Positions 26,201-39,673 of a stretch of DNA of 64,000 nucleotides are shown here, piece by piece. Positions within the stretch are counted from its first letter, which is position 1. Each line of letters opens with the position of its first letter. A program made the position numbers and the translations under genes. A model generated the notes under the pieces. That model was not told where the DNA came from. It did no database searches and saw only the letters and a program-made list of their open reading frames with translations. The DNA is taken from contig OZ004610.1 of assembly GCA_963924565.1 (NCBI GenBank), positions 248,001 to 312,000 on the forward strand, in the 5' to 3' direction. This DNA comes from Ascidiella aspersa (Eukaryota).

Positions 26201-26697
26201 AGTTAGCTTTTGCGATATTGTAAGATTTAAAATACTCAAAATAGTGAATAAAACAGCGTAAAGCTTCCAGCCACATAAAAAGTGAATTAATGAGCACCGT
26301 TCAGTGTTCCCCAAAGTTTGTGCGCGGCAGTGTGATTTATAAGAGATTGGTAAGTGTGCAGCGTAACTCTTCGTTATTTTAAAAACTAATCTATTTGTAT
26401 TACAAGTAGGCATGCAGGTAATCATTTTAGACTTGAATCAACACTATGCATTGGAAAACTGATAATATTGTGATACATTTCCCTAATGCCTTGCCATCAG
26501 TTAAGGGCGATTGTCCAGTTACAAAATCGTTGTTTTGTAAAAACTGTGCCGCCAATAATGTTTGATTAATTTGTCGCAAACAAAAAAAAGTTTAAGAAAC
26601 ACTTCCCTAAACTTAAAACCTCAATAAAACAATATCTAGCTTGATGCAAACTTAAAACAAGATATAAAATCTAAAATAAACTGAAGTTAAGATTTGT

Positions 26698-29600
26698 TTA
26701 CTTTGGTTTGACTGTGGGGCTCGAAAGAACTGTGGGGGGCTCGGGGCTCACTTTAGGGGGCTTTGGAACCATTTCGGTAGCCTGGGCCTCCTTGGGGACC
26801 TGTTTGGGAACTTCGGGAACTTTAGGCACAACTTTTGGGGCCTGGGAAACATTAGGGGGTTGGGAAACAACAGTAGGGGGTTGGGAAACAACTTTAGGAG
26901 CCTGGGTAACTTTAGGGGATTGGGAAACAACTTTAGGGGGTTGGGTATCAATTTTAGCAGGCGTAGTAGGATTTTTATTGGTTTCCGGGGCAACCTTAGG
27001 GGTTAGGGGTGAAAATTTGGTTTTTTTTCCGTTCTTAGGGGTGCTTTCAACCCTGATGGTCGGAACCTTTTTAATTGACCCTTGACCTTTCGATTCTCCG
27101 CCAGGTGGAGCCACAGAGGCGCGAGGTATCGTTGTAGGGAGATTCCCCGACAAGACCTGACCTACTGGGGAAGGGGCCAGTGGTTTGAACCCGAATGACC
27201 CCGCATCGCTGGGCAAGATAAACTTGCTGTTGTTGTTGTTGTTAGTATTGCTGCTGTCTGTGTTATTGTTGCTGTCTGTTGTTGTTTCAGCTGAGGATAT
27301 TGACGCCATTGCCTCCTGTGGAAATTAAATTCCTGCTTTCAGACTTGGAAAACTAGATTTGTTTTAGCTTTTTCAATTAAATTAAATTAGAACTAAAATT
27401 ACCGAATTCCTGAAAAAACAGAATTTAAACGTGAATGCCATTTAATTAATTCACATTAATTTAGTTTAAATCGAAATTTATTCTTATAATAATGTGAATG
27501 GTAAATTTTGTGTTTTTATATATTTTAGCATAGTAGTTTTCAGAATGTAAAAATTACCAACAAGTCTTTTCGACCGATTGAAATTCGCATTTTTAGTAAA
27601 ATACGAAAAAGCTGCGTTTTTCTCTAATTTTTTGAGTCAGAAAACTAGAATTATTTAGTTTTCCAAGTCTTCCTCTATTATTACAAATGCAAAAATGAAG
27701 TCAAGACTAACAAAGAGAAGCTACAATAACTGTGCTGTTGCATGATATATTAAAAGAAGCTGTTCCGGAACTTAGTTAGTTTATCCAAAATTTGATGACG
27801 TCATCCTGCACAGGTTTCCGAAACATCGGAAAAAATCAATTAATACCGAAAGAACTTATTTTTAGCAAAGAGGAGGCAGCAAAGCGTTTTTATAAATATT
27901 TCTCTTTTATTTTAAAACCTTAATTCTATACTTCTAGCGATGATACACTAAGATTTCAATCTAAATCAAGTCCACCTACCTAAAACTAAAACAAGTCCAC
28001 CTACCTAAAACTAAAACAAGTCCACCTACCTAAAGGGTTCATGGACCCCTGTGAAGAACCCCAACTTTAACGACTAATATTGGTAAAAGGCTAAAAAGCG
28101 ACATAGAACTCCTGTTCGATTCATACTTTCCCAAACCAACTCAAACCGTCACCTTAGAGTCACTTGCATCAGCTGATGATTGAATCATGATCTGGTCGAG
28201 CTTGGCCTGGATCTTGTTGAAGCTGTCCTGCCCGTGGTAATCAATCGAACCGAACTGCCATCGCTGCAGGTCAGCAAGCGTCGATACGAGAACCCCCTCC
28301 TCCTAAACCGGGGGTCGGGGTTACTTGGGGTCAACAACAACTCTAATATGACAACGAACTCCTAAAACGGGACGGGGGTTACTTGGGGTCAACAACGAAC
28401 TCCTAAACCGGGATTGGAGTTACTTGGGGTCAACAACGAACTCCTAAACCGGGATTGGGGTTACGTGGGGTGAACAACGAACTCCTAAACCGGGATTGGG
28501 GTTACTTGGGGTCAACAACGAACTCCTAAACCGGGATTGGGGTTACTTGGGGTCAACAACGAACTCCTAAACCGGGATTGGGGTTACTTGGGGTGAACAA
28601 CGAACTCCTAAACCGGGATTGGGGTTACTTGGGGTCAACAACGAACTCCTAAACCGGGATTGGGGTTACTTGGGGTCAACAACGAACTACTAAACCGGGA
28701 TTGGGGTTACTTGGGGTCAACAACGAACTCCTAATACGGGACGCGGGTTACTTGGGGTCAACAACGAACTTCTAAATCGGGACGGGGGTTACTTGGGTCA
28801 ACAACGAACTTCTACACCAGGACGGGGGTTACTTGAGGTCAACAACGAACTTTTAAACCGGGATTGGGGTTACTTGGGGTGAACAACGAACTCCTAAACC
28901 GGGGGTCGGGGTTACTTGGGGTCAACAACCACCTACTAAACCGGGATTGGGGTCAACAACGAACTCCTAAACCGGGATTGGGGTTACTTGGGGTGAACAA
29001 CGAACTCCTAAACCGGGATTGGGGTTACTTGGGGTCAACAACGAACTCCTAAACCGGGATTGGGGTTACTTGGGGTCAACAACGAACTACTAAACCGGGA
29101 TTGGGGTTACTTGGGGTCAACAACGAACTCCTAATACGGGACGCGGGTTACTTGGGGTCAACAACGAACTTCTAAATCGGGACGGGGGTTACTTGGGGTC
29201 AACAACGAACTTCTACACCAGGACGGGGGTTACTTGAGGTCAACAACGAACTTTTAAACCGGGACGGGGGTTACTTGAGGTCAACAACGAACTTTTAAAC
29301 CGGGAAGGGGTTACTTGGGGTCAACAACGAAGTTCTAAACCGGGACGGGGGTTACTTGGGGTCAACAACGAAGTTCTAAACCGGGATGGGGGTTACTTGG
29401 GGTCAATAATGAATTTCTAAACCGGGATGGGGGTTACTTGGGGTCAACAAACTGCTAGACGTTGGTGGTTTATTGTTCGATCAAGTTTTTGAAGTAGCAT
29501 AAAATGTTGCGTTTACGTAATTTATTTGAGCGACGTCAGTGATATTGGACCAAAAAAAAGATATATTTTTTTAGCGTTTTGCTGAAGATTGTATGAATGG

Positions 29601-32600
29601 GTAAAAGTGCTTCCTGAAAGGTGCGAGGTTTCAGGTTCGAATCTAAACAACAAGCGAGCATAGATTCGTTACGCAAGTTTGGGAATTAGTTTCCAGGTCT
29701 TCATTATTTATATTTCTAATTAGTTTCTAACTTGTTAATTTCGCTACAACTATCCATGCAATCCTCTACCAATCTACCTTAAAGAAAAAGTAAACAAAGT
29801 AAATAATAATATTAGATTCATGCAAGTTTCATTCACGATAATGAAGTATGGAAAGAAACGAACAAAAACACAGGCAGCAAAAAAAAGGAATAAAGAAAAA
29901 AAAACTAACAAAAATAACTTAAAAAAAACGCGATTTTATTCGTATTTCATTTTTTTTTTCAAAATCTACAAAAAGTAGAGAAAAAACGTCAAGAAACATC
30001 AACGACCAATCACCACTTTGTCGTTTTCAGGGCAGCGACCTTTGGTGTCAGTAGTGACGTCAGGGCTTGGCGTGACGTCATCTTTTGGCGTGACGTCAGT
30101 GCTTGGGGTGACGTCAGTGCTTGGGGTGACGTCACAAACGGAAGTGGGTTCCTTCTCGTTGGGGGGGCTTTCCCCGACCAGAATGCGGTCCATTTTTTCG
30201 CGAATGTTCTCGAAGCAATCTTTACCGGAGAAGTCGATCTGCGCACTCCGCCACTGCGCATGACGCGCGCGCTCCTCTGCCAGGGGGTCCTTGGTGGGTT
30301 GGGGGGATTCCCTGGGCGTTTTGGACGCCGGTGAATGGGTCACGTGACATGGGTTCTGGACATGCAAGGGCGGGCGTCATGCTTCGATGCGCACGCACAA
30401 GGGAAGGGGATTCCCCGCGAGGTTATTTCACCCACTATTTTGATATTTTTACAATTAAATCGTTTTTTTGGCAATGTTTTCTAAATTGCTAAATTTAGAG
30501 TTAAAAGAAATTACTGAATTCGAAAGGTTTCTAGCAAATTTTGAGACAAAATTATTTTCCCCAATACTGGATTCTAACCAAAGTAATCTCCGATTATGAC
30601 CAATCATTAACCAGTGGTTCCCAACCTTAACTGGAAACATTATGACGTACCTCGCTGACATGATGACGTCAATGGTTTACTGACATCACAAAAGAAAAAA
30701 AAGTTTTATGAGGATAACCAAATTAAAACGGGGGATTATTCGAAACATCGTTTGACGTTAAACAGCTTTACTTAACAAATAAGTTCTGTGGATTGACGGC
30801 GAACTCCTAAAGTTGTTGTTGTACTAATGTTCCAGACAGCGCTAACATTATGTTTATGACCTCGACAAGTTAACAACAGCCTTGCGTGAAGCAAGCCGCC
30901 GTTGTTCGCTAGGGGCGACAGAGCGCTAAATTACAAATTTTGTAAAAGTTTTGAAGGAAACATATTTAAGAGCCATTTTTATCTGTTGTTGATTGGGAAC
31001 CACTGCAGAAATGTTTCTCAGTCCCTTATTCCCTGTTAAATTTATCACAAACTCCAAACATTTAACAATCAAAACTTTCCGTGAATAAAAAGTTGCAAAA
31101 ATCAAAACTATTCAGTGCGGAAAAACAAAAACTTGTGGCAAAATATTGTGTTATTAGCAACTTAAAACAGTGTATTTATTTAAAACAGCACCTTAACAAA
31201 AACTTTGTGCATAAAGTAAAAAATAAACCGGCAACCAAACTTGCTTGAGTGGGGTTCGAACTCGTACCTTTGGATTATCGCACATGGAGTCTCGAGTTTC
31301 CAAAGTTTAAAATTAAGGAAATAAAAACAGCTTAGAAAGTTAGAAGAATGTAAAAATAGCATACTGGCAAAATTTAAATTAAAGCATGCTTTTTTTCAGA
31401 AAATACCCATGGTTTAGAATCAAATATTAGACATGCATTTCAGATCTACTGTATTTTTTGTTATGTCGTTATTCGAAAAAAGTATTTTAAAGATTTAAGG
31501 CATTAAGATAAAAGTATTTCTATAAATTCTGAATTCTCATACTTAGTGAATTCTAAACGTCACTAATCTCGCAGCTAAGGAACTTCATTAAGTGTTAACA
31601 CCATGAAATATTCGTGCATCGGAATCACCAGATACTACCAACCAACTACATCTTAAAAGGGGGTAAAGTGGCAATAATACCCCTTAACTAACATAATATA
31701 AAAATACACCGGGTTGGCTGAATGGAAAATAGAAATAGCTCGTCACTATCAGTTCACCGATAATATCGGCCGATATATCGCTATCGCTAAATTTGGCGGT
31801 ATTTTACTATGTAAATATAATTCAACTTTTTTTGAAAAAAAAGCAACTTTTCTATTTTAGAACTTGAATTTTGTTTTTTGCTTTTTTCAATATCGGTTAA
31901 TTTTGGGGCTGATATTTTACTTTGAATAAATTATATAAAAGTTTCCTTCAAAAATCCCGAAAACTTAAAGGAAAAGTGTGAGGTATCCAGGGGGGTTGTA
32001 CCTGGGTGGGGGGAGGCGTGCTTTGTGCGTGATCATCACGTGATGGGGTCGTGATAGGTGCGTGGTAGGAGCCACTCTCATACGTGATGGGCGCGTGATA
32101 AACCTGATCATGTGAATCCATGAACAACTTGTTGGCTGTGGTGAGATGTCGCCACCATTGAAGCAAGAAGTTCTCCTCGTGGATTCCTGGGACGGCAGAT
32201 TGCAGTTACAAAAAGTGTTGCTATTAAATAGGAAAAAATATAGTGGATGAATGGGGAAAAATATTATATATATTAAAAATCAGGGATGTGGTTAAATGGC
32301 TAGGGTTGTTGTAAAATTGGATAAATGATGGATTTCAAAACTAGAAAGGTCGAGTAGATCGACATCATTGCGTTCTAAGTTTTATGAGTGAGGTTGGGAT
32401 ATGCTTTGACACACAAAGTGACAATGATACAAGTGCATATTTAAACGCCATTTGCAGCTTGGTACGTGAAAATCCCTGGAGTATTAAACAATTGCTTCGA
32501 ATATTTCTAGCATAACTTCTTGTTTATTTGGGAGATGTTGATATATGGGAATACTGCTCTTAGTAAAACATGGAGCTAGAATAGAATGCGGACTTAAATT

Positions 32601-35600
32601 TACGAGAGGTTCTTAGCAACGGATGGAAATCATAGTACAGCAAACAAAATTACAATTTCTTTCAACACGGACGGAAATAAAAATTTTGCTTTCTGGAAAG
32701 TTGCTAGTTCATGTATAAAAATGGAATTTCAAAATAACGAGTTAAGTAAAAAAAAAATTGTATAACAAACGGAATTTTGGAAAAATCTTTAAATGTAAAA
32801 AACACATTATATAAAAAAAATCAAGACTTCTAAAATATGTAACTGTTCAACGATCGTATCCAAAAGTAAAACCGAGATTCTTGTAAAATTCTAAAATAAA
32901 TTCCCATGACTTTGCACTAAGTGAGATTCCTTGCAACTGGCATGTTGTGGTTTTGCAAACAAATATTATAAAACCTGCTTAACACTTAAAAGAAATGTTT
33001 AACAAGTTTTATCACCTTGAAAAACCTTACCAGCAGGAACATTTGGTGAAATGACGTAAGGTTGCAAAGAATTGGGCGTTACAAAACGTAATAGCAAATT
33101 AATTTTTTTAGTAGGTGACATAATAGTAGCCATTTCTAAAAAGCTATTGGGTTTTAAAATAAACAATATTATGTTTTTAAGGTTTTTGCATTAAAAAACA
33201 AGGTTTTTTGTTTTTAAATAACACATATTCAGAGTTACTTTTTTTAATTTTTTAAAAACAAATTGCTCCTATAATAATATTAAGTCAAGTTTAGAAGGGT
33301 TATAGTAGCGAGTCTCTCCAATCAATAATACATCTACAAACACTCCTTTACATAAATACCAAGTGGTATTTTACCATCTCCATCAACTTGCTCCAAACAA
33401 CCATTCTCAGCGTTGTATTTATGATGCCAGGGCTTCACTGCTCCTATGAAATGAACTATCTTTGTAGCGTGGCCAAATCTACAAAACACGGAAAAACTTG
33501 TTTATTAAGCTCTAACTTAATATTTCATGCAGACTAACCACAACGTTTTTTAGACTTCCGATGTAGGTAAATGCTAACAATAATCTCGCTAACAATAAAA
33601 TGTAAGAAGCTCACTTGATGTATTTTTTTGTAATAAAATTTTGTATCTACAGGCTGGAAATTAGTTGAGGGGTAAACTTGTGACATAGTTTTAAAAGATC
33701 TGATCTGAGCATACTAAAACACATACTGTTTACAATATAACCGACACATACAAGTGTGTATTTAAAGAGTTTTAAATAATATTTCGTGCTATTGTTGCAG
33801 CCCAAGTAGCAGTACCTAACTCAGTCTACAAATTAGTGATAGGCCGGTTCACATGTTTTAAGTGAAATGCACCCAAAATGTGGTAAACTTGTGACATACT
33901 TTAAAAATTCTGCTGTAATATACAGTGATGTAATATATGCAAATTGAATTTAGGTGAGTAGTTAAAGATTTTCAAATGACAGTACTTCTGCAGTAAGTCT
34001 ACCTCGCAAATGCAGGTGTGTAAGTGTAGCTTGATGTGCTGTGCATATTGTAGAGAAACGACAACCTCTTTTTAGCATCAGCGGTCCTCCATTGATTGAA
34101 ATAAGTGTTCAGTAATCCCTGGTCACCACCTTAAACACAAAACACCAACATTTAAACCAAAACCAATACAATGTTATCCAGTTTAACTTTAATCATAAAC
34201 AAACTGTCTTTTAACAAAAAGTCTTTATCTGTTATTACATAAACTTATACCACAGTAACTTGTGCAACTTAATTCAAATGGTTAAAACATCACAGTTATA
34301 AAAAACTTTGGTATTTGATACAAGCATAAAGATTTTAACAAAAACTGAAGACTTGAAAATTTTAACTAGTTAAAAACTAAGGTTTAAAATAATTACTTTG
34401 CAAAACTGCAACACAGCAAAAGTTGGGCATTGTTAGGGCAATTTATTGAAACATAATGTAACCTTTATTTTGTGGTGAAATATATTTCTCTTTTAAATGA
34501 TTAGAACTGACAAATTACTGACTTTAATCAGGAAGGTATTTGTCGTCATTTACGTGTAAGGACGATGAGATGTCTTCTTATTTAACACGTGAATTTTACC
34601 TTAAGTCCAAGATAAGAGAAAACTATTTTTAACAGAAATAATAAAATACCGTCAAAGCTTCCCTCTTCATCGGCAAGTTTTATGAGAGCCAGGTAAGTTT
34701 GCATCGACGGTTGGTAAACAAACACACCGGAGTTGAACATATCCGGCCAACCCGAGTCGGGGGCCGCCGATAACTCCTGACGCTCAAACAACTCATCAAC
34801 ATTACAAAGAGCCTGGAAGTAAAGTGTTGAATAGTTTGAACTATAAAGTGCTTGAAGATTTCAGTGAAAAATTTGGTGCAAAAATAATTAATTTAAAACT
34901 GTATCTTTGCAGATAACTAAGATATGTTTTATGAGAAAAATATGTTTTATGTAGGAATAACAGTGATTAAACATGTCTACAGAATAACTGAATATGTTTT
35001 TTGGGGAAAATCGTAACCTTAAAATATAAAGGTGACACAATAAAACAAAAACAACAAATTTAAAAAGAGCTTGGTCATATAAATTATTTAACACTTAATA
35101 GGTAATTCTTTTTCATTTAAAAATAGGACAAAAACTGAATAAAGCGTATGACAAATTGAACCTTAACCTACTGTACAGGCAATGGTAAGCACTTCTATTT
35201 AATAATGAGCATATAAATTAAACAGAAACAAAACAAATATAATTCTATTTTAACATTTAGCTTTGTTCAAATGAAGTGTTTTTTTATGATATTGTCTCAC
35301 CATAGTATCTGCATCAAGAAACACGCATTTGTCATACTGAGTCAGACTCCAGCAATGAAGTTTGGTGAAAGTTACCCCAAGTTCAGGTCGCTTTAAAAGT
35401 GACAAGTGCGTTGCGTCTTCGCTGTCCAAGATGTTCACGCTAATCACATGGTCGAAGAAAAATTCTAGAAGCATTCTGCAAAACATACTTGTTGAGATTA
35501 CAAAAATAAATAAATGAGATGTAAATGACAAGTAAATGTTGTAATGTTTAGTATACTGATATATTTTCTACAAACAAGACTTTGAATACTTTGAAAGTAA

Positions 35601-36525
35601 AACAAATATATGTAAGAAGTGAAAAACAACTATATTCTTAGGTAAACTGTCCACAGATCTGTAATGTAGCTTGAATAAAGAATTTTAAAGCCAAAAAGGT
35701 CGATTAAATCGGCACTATTTCAACAAAGAAAATACGCGCTTGCATTATCTTCAGTTAGTAGAAAAAGTAAACTTTGCATCTCCAGGTAGTTACAGTTAAT
35801 AAATTCATCTATCTATCTATATATTTTTATATTTATAATACCCTTAAAACGACAAAAAATGATCACAAAATGTCATTAGAAATTGAAAAAAGATCTATAT
35901 AGATATAAGATAAATATAGGATAATACACAGAAAAAAGGAAATTAATTTTTACAAAATATTTCGCACAAAATTCTAGTTTTAATGATGCTTTTCTTGTAC
36001 GAGAACAATCTTATTCTTATTAGATCCATTGATGCAGTTTTAAAACAAAACAATTGTGGTAATAAAGTGACATTTAGACACTGTTTTTTAAGAACAGCCA
36101 CTAAAAACAAACTATTAAAGCAACCTGCTGTCGGGGGAAACTTGAGGTGTAATGAGCACAACGAGTTCTTTCTGCGTTCCGTGGCATTTTAAGGATTGTG
36201 CTAAAACCAAGGCTCCTTTGCAGTAAACATCATTCGTTGCGAGCGTCACAAAAGCTTCTGTAAATAAATTTGACAGATGATAAAATAATATTATTATTAT
36301 TTTTAATGCTTATATTATAATCTAAGCCTGTTCCAACACTGCCAGTATCTTTATTGTAAGGTCCAAAAATAACCACAACGGTTCAAAAAGCTCAAAAAGA
36401 ACTTTAATTTAATTTTATTTTTTAAGCACAGCTGATGATTTGTGCTTAAGGCCAATATTCTGTGTTTTAAATCTTTTTAACTTGTGTGTTATTTAGAATA
36501 TATACATGAACTTACCTCTTGGCAT
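26698..36525 (-). CDS. GYG1: Glycogenin (GT8). Core exons 36525-36516, 36257-36125, 35475-35301, 34812-34650, 34129-34003, 33478-33375, 32186-32104 (or -32002). 3' exons: A 30355-29999 (or donor at 30017), B 28302-28153, C 27315-26698
   Basis: [38 protein letters not shown] (DXD), [39 protein letters not shown] (autoglucosylation Tyr region), [12 protein letters not shown], and C-terminal glycogen-synthase-binding motifs. All junctions are in phase. Confidence 0.95.
27962..28033. repeat. 24-bp tandem repeat x3
   Basis: The unit contains aacaagtccacctacctaaaac and occurs three times. Confidence 0.85.
28300..29450. repeat. 41-bp minisatellite, roughly 28 units, inside a glycogenin intron
   Basis: Consensus caacaacgaactcctaaaccgggattggggttacttggggt. 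A block of variant units at about 28681-28860 recurs at about 29081-29262. Confidence 0.97.
30612..31005. mobile_element. hAT-type non-autonomous element
   Basis: TIRs cagtggttcccaa ... ttgggaaccactg; no clear target-site duplication. Confidence 0.65.
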
Positions 36526-37222
36526 GGCAGGAAAGTTAATTTGGTGAATGGTTTGAATAGTTGATGTTGCCTTTTCAAGCACAGTGAGTATAAGAAAGAA
36601 AGGAAATTAGGTCACCAAGCAATCTATAAACAGGAAGCAGCTAATTATTTACAAGGGATGCGACACAACAAATGCATAAGCAAAAGTAAGTGCTTTATGT
36701 TAGTGTAGACAAAAATTCAGTCATAATAATATCACTCCTACGTGTTAATTAAACGACTTCTGTCTAAGTAACACAGATATTGCCGTTAAAATTCTACTGA
36801 TTTAAACATTTGAAAAAAAAAGCTACTGGTTATTAAAACAGGCCCATTTTAAACCATTCCAGATTTTTTTAAATTCTGATAATAATTCTACAGTGACACT
36901 TATAATTAGTTTCATTTAATTTTATTTTACTTCATGCATAAGCGACAAGCGTGCCTAAAAAAAACAAAATTATTTATAGAATCTGGTATATTTCGTATCA
37001 CATATATCTGAATAACTCTGACAACTTAAGTACTTTGTTATATCTGTGGATAATGATGCTAACATTGATAATATTGTCTTCCCTGTGAAATCACATTTAA
37101 AACTAGTTTGGTACTGCTGTAGAACCCTACCACTTTTTTTAAAGTAACAATAAAAGTTTTTAAAATATGAAATTGCAAGAAAGAAAAATAAATATGGAAG
37201 AATAAATATAATAATAAAGCTC

Positions 37223-37614
37223 GACCCACCCAAACCCAAACTCGCACCCAACCCAAATATTGTTAGCAATATAAACCACTAGGCAAAAATGTGGTAGGAT
37301 TCTAGCCAAGCGCACAAAACTTTTTAAAATAGCATCATTTTCTTAAACTTTACCATCATCGTAACATGCCAACTATGCAGAACAAATCGGCCAAAAATAT
37401 ATAAGCGGGGTAATACTAATTTACGGAATGATGAATGGGTGGAACGCTCACTAATTTAAGTGTTACCCCGTTAAAACAATTATTAAACCAACGCACAATA
37501 TTTGGGTTAGGGTGGGGGTTAGCGTTTGGGTGAAGGTGGGTCAAGTGTTATTATATTTATTAATAATACTGTGAGCGTTCCGAGCATTCATCATTCCGTA
37601 AATTAGTGTTACCC
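37223..37614. mobile_element. MITE cluster: half copies of the TTAGGG-like family plus a second inverted-repeat element (~37409-37614)
   Basis: gtggtaggattctagccaagcg end near 37311. IR gggtaatactaatttacggaatgatgaatg ... cattcatcattccgtaaattagtgttaccc encloses another half element. Confidence 0.7.
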
Positions 37615-39009
37615 TTTTCTTTTCTAAATCGGTAAAACATTATTACAATAACAATCGCGGACAACTAGATGTGCGTTATAAGCAGCCAGTTTAAATCACA
37701 GAGCCTTAACGTGGTAATCGAAGTCGCAGTAACCAACTCCCAAGTGCATTAATTGCAACAGCTGCATTGCAAATCATTTCTCCACAATCTTGATTCAAAT
37801 CTTCATTTCTTTCTTTAAAGAAGAAAGTTGAAGAAATTCTTGCATGCCTCGCACTGCATCTTACGTCAACCTTCCAAGCTCATCAATAATTAAGTAAAAA
37901 CTTGACATAAATATATCTTAACACTCTATTGCTTCACTTAAGATGTTACAAGCTTTTTTATGGTTTAATGTTTTAAAAAATGCAACTAAATGAAAAAAAT
38001 ATACTAAATTTAAACAAATTTTAATGTTGAAATTGCTCAATCGTGACAACCAACCTTGGTGTTTGACGTTTTATTAAATTGCGGTAAAAACGCCGGATGA
38101 CACGCATGAGTGATTCCAAGATGTTTGTGGTTTTTCAGTGACCTTGAAATCGTAAAGGTTGCCGACTAAGCTTATTTATGCGTGGAAATAAGTATGACTT
38201 AATGCAAAGCGCCGTTCACAACAAATTTGCCTCACCTTGCAAATTTTAACAGCAAGTATTTCAAGTATTTAACTTTTTATCACCAATATTTTTAAACATT
38301 ATATTACACTTTAGTTTTTGTTAAAACTTGTTTCAGTTACTACAAAAAAAAATACACAAAACTTTTAGCTCCATAACTCAATTATTGAATGTTTTCTGTA
38401 ATGTAAGTGTTCTGTTCTATTTAAGCGCGAAAATTTTAGTTCAATTTCAGCACCACACAAGTAAGTGACTTTAAGTGCTTGCATAAAGTTATTTAAATGT
38501 TTTTTACTGGTGATCTGTGGCTTAATATACGCCTAACCTGCAGTGAAATGACCGCACTTTTTCTTTAAACTATCCGAAACGTGTGGAAACAGCGTTCCCA
38601 TTCCATTTAGACTTACAGCAAACTTTTGGTAATTTGTTGAGCACTGCTGTCAGCTTGCAGAAAACACGTCCAACAACAAGACAGTCAGGTGGCTTAAGGA
38701 GCTTCGGCTATTTTAACATTTAGTCATTTTTAAGATGTAAAGCAACTTTATGGGCTCTCGATTATTAATAATCATCTAATTTTTTTCTGACTTACGACAA
38801 ACATTTAATATTTACTTTGTCTGATTGTGGTGTTTCTTAGACAATTTCTTGTAGCTCAATTTATTTTACCTAAATAAGCAGATTTAGTCACAGTTGAACA
38901 AATTAGAGAAGAAGTAATAACTTCAAAATTGATACTAAATATTTAACCGGAACAATTAAAAATGTTCAGAGATGACGTCACAAGCTACGTCATAACGATA
39001 CGTCTATAA

Positions 39010-39673
39010 CAGGGTAACCATTTTCTAGTCGCAGGTCAAAACCAAACTCAGAAAGATCTCTGTGGGCCGCACAAATTAATAACTAAGAATTGTGTTATTT
39101 TCATGTTAGAACAACTGTGAATCAGCGGGCGTCGGATTGTTTTGCACTTAAAAATGTGTTTAATTACATTTAAGGTTGCAGTAAAGTGTTGGCGCTAAGC
39201 ATGAAAAAAAGCGTTTGTTTGGTTTAAAACTCGAGTTCACATGTAGTCATCCATACTACTAATGAAAAGTGTGATAAATGCCTTTTGAGGGAACGCAATG
39301 ACATTTAAAGTTGATACTTGGCAGACCTGGCGAGCGAAGCGAGCGCGATTTTTTTTTGGTACACCGGCATTTCTTTCAAATTTCTGCAAGTTTTATTACA
39401 TTGCCGACAATAAAATAATGTTAAAATATATATATGTGCAATAGTTTTGAATACGTTTGCGTTTGTCCGCGACGCACTTGGCAGCCTTGCACGGCTCAAC
39501 GGTAAAGAAGCGCTGGACGTATGATGAACATTTGCGCGAAGCGCGAAAATTTTTGCGCACTTACGTAGTTAGAATAAAATTCTAAAAAGTATGAAATGGA
39601 CTCGTGCCTCATTTGTCAAAGAGGCGGCGGGCCGGATGAATTACATCGGCGGGCCTTAGGTTGCCGACCCCTG
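39010..39673. mobile_element. hAT/Charlie-like non-autonomous element
   Basis: Ends cagggt ... ggttgccgacccctg, subterminal gcgggccg motifs, and degenerate 8-bp flanks gtctataa/atctacaa. Confidence 0.6.

Noticed and set aside
26708-27085. + strand ORFs opposite GC-rich exons (also 43932-44381, 40885-41412, 46579-46908)
   Set aside because: Antisense shadows of real - strand exons with no independent features.
28300-29450. CRISPR-like or telomeric array
   Set aside because: The units are contiguous with no unique spacers, there are no cas genes, the context is a eukaryotic intron, and the unit is 41 bp rather than TTAGGG.
29590-31295. Functional tRNA genes at the GGTTCGAA boxes near 29635 and 31253
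   Set aside because: No complete cloverleaf or terminator; treated as SINE-derived fragments.
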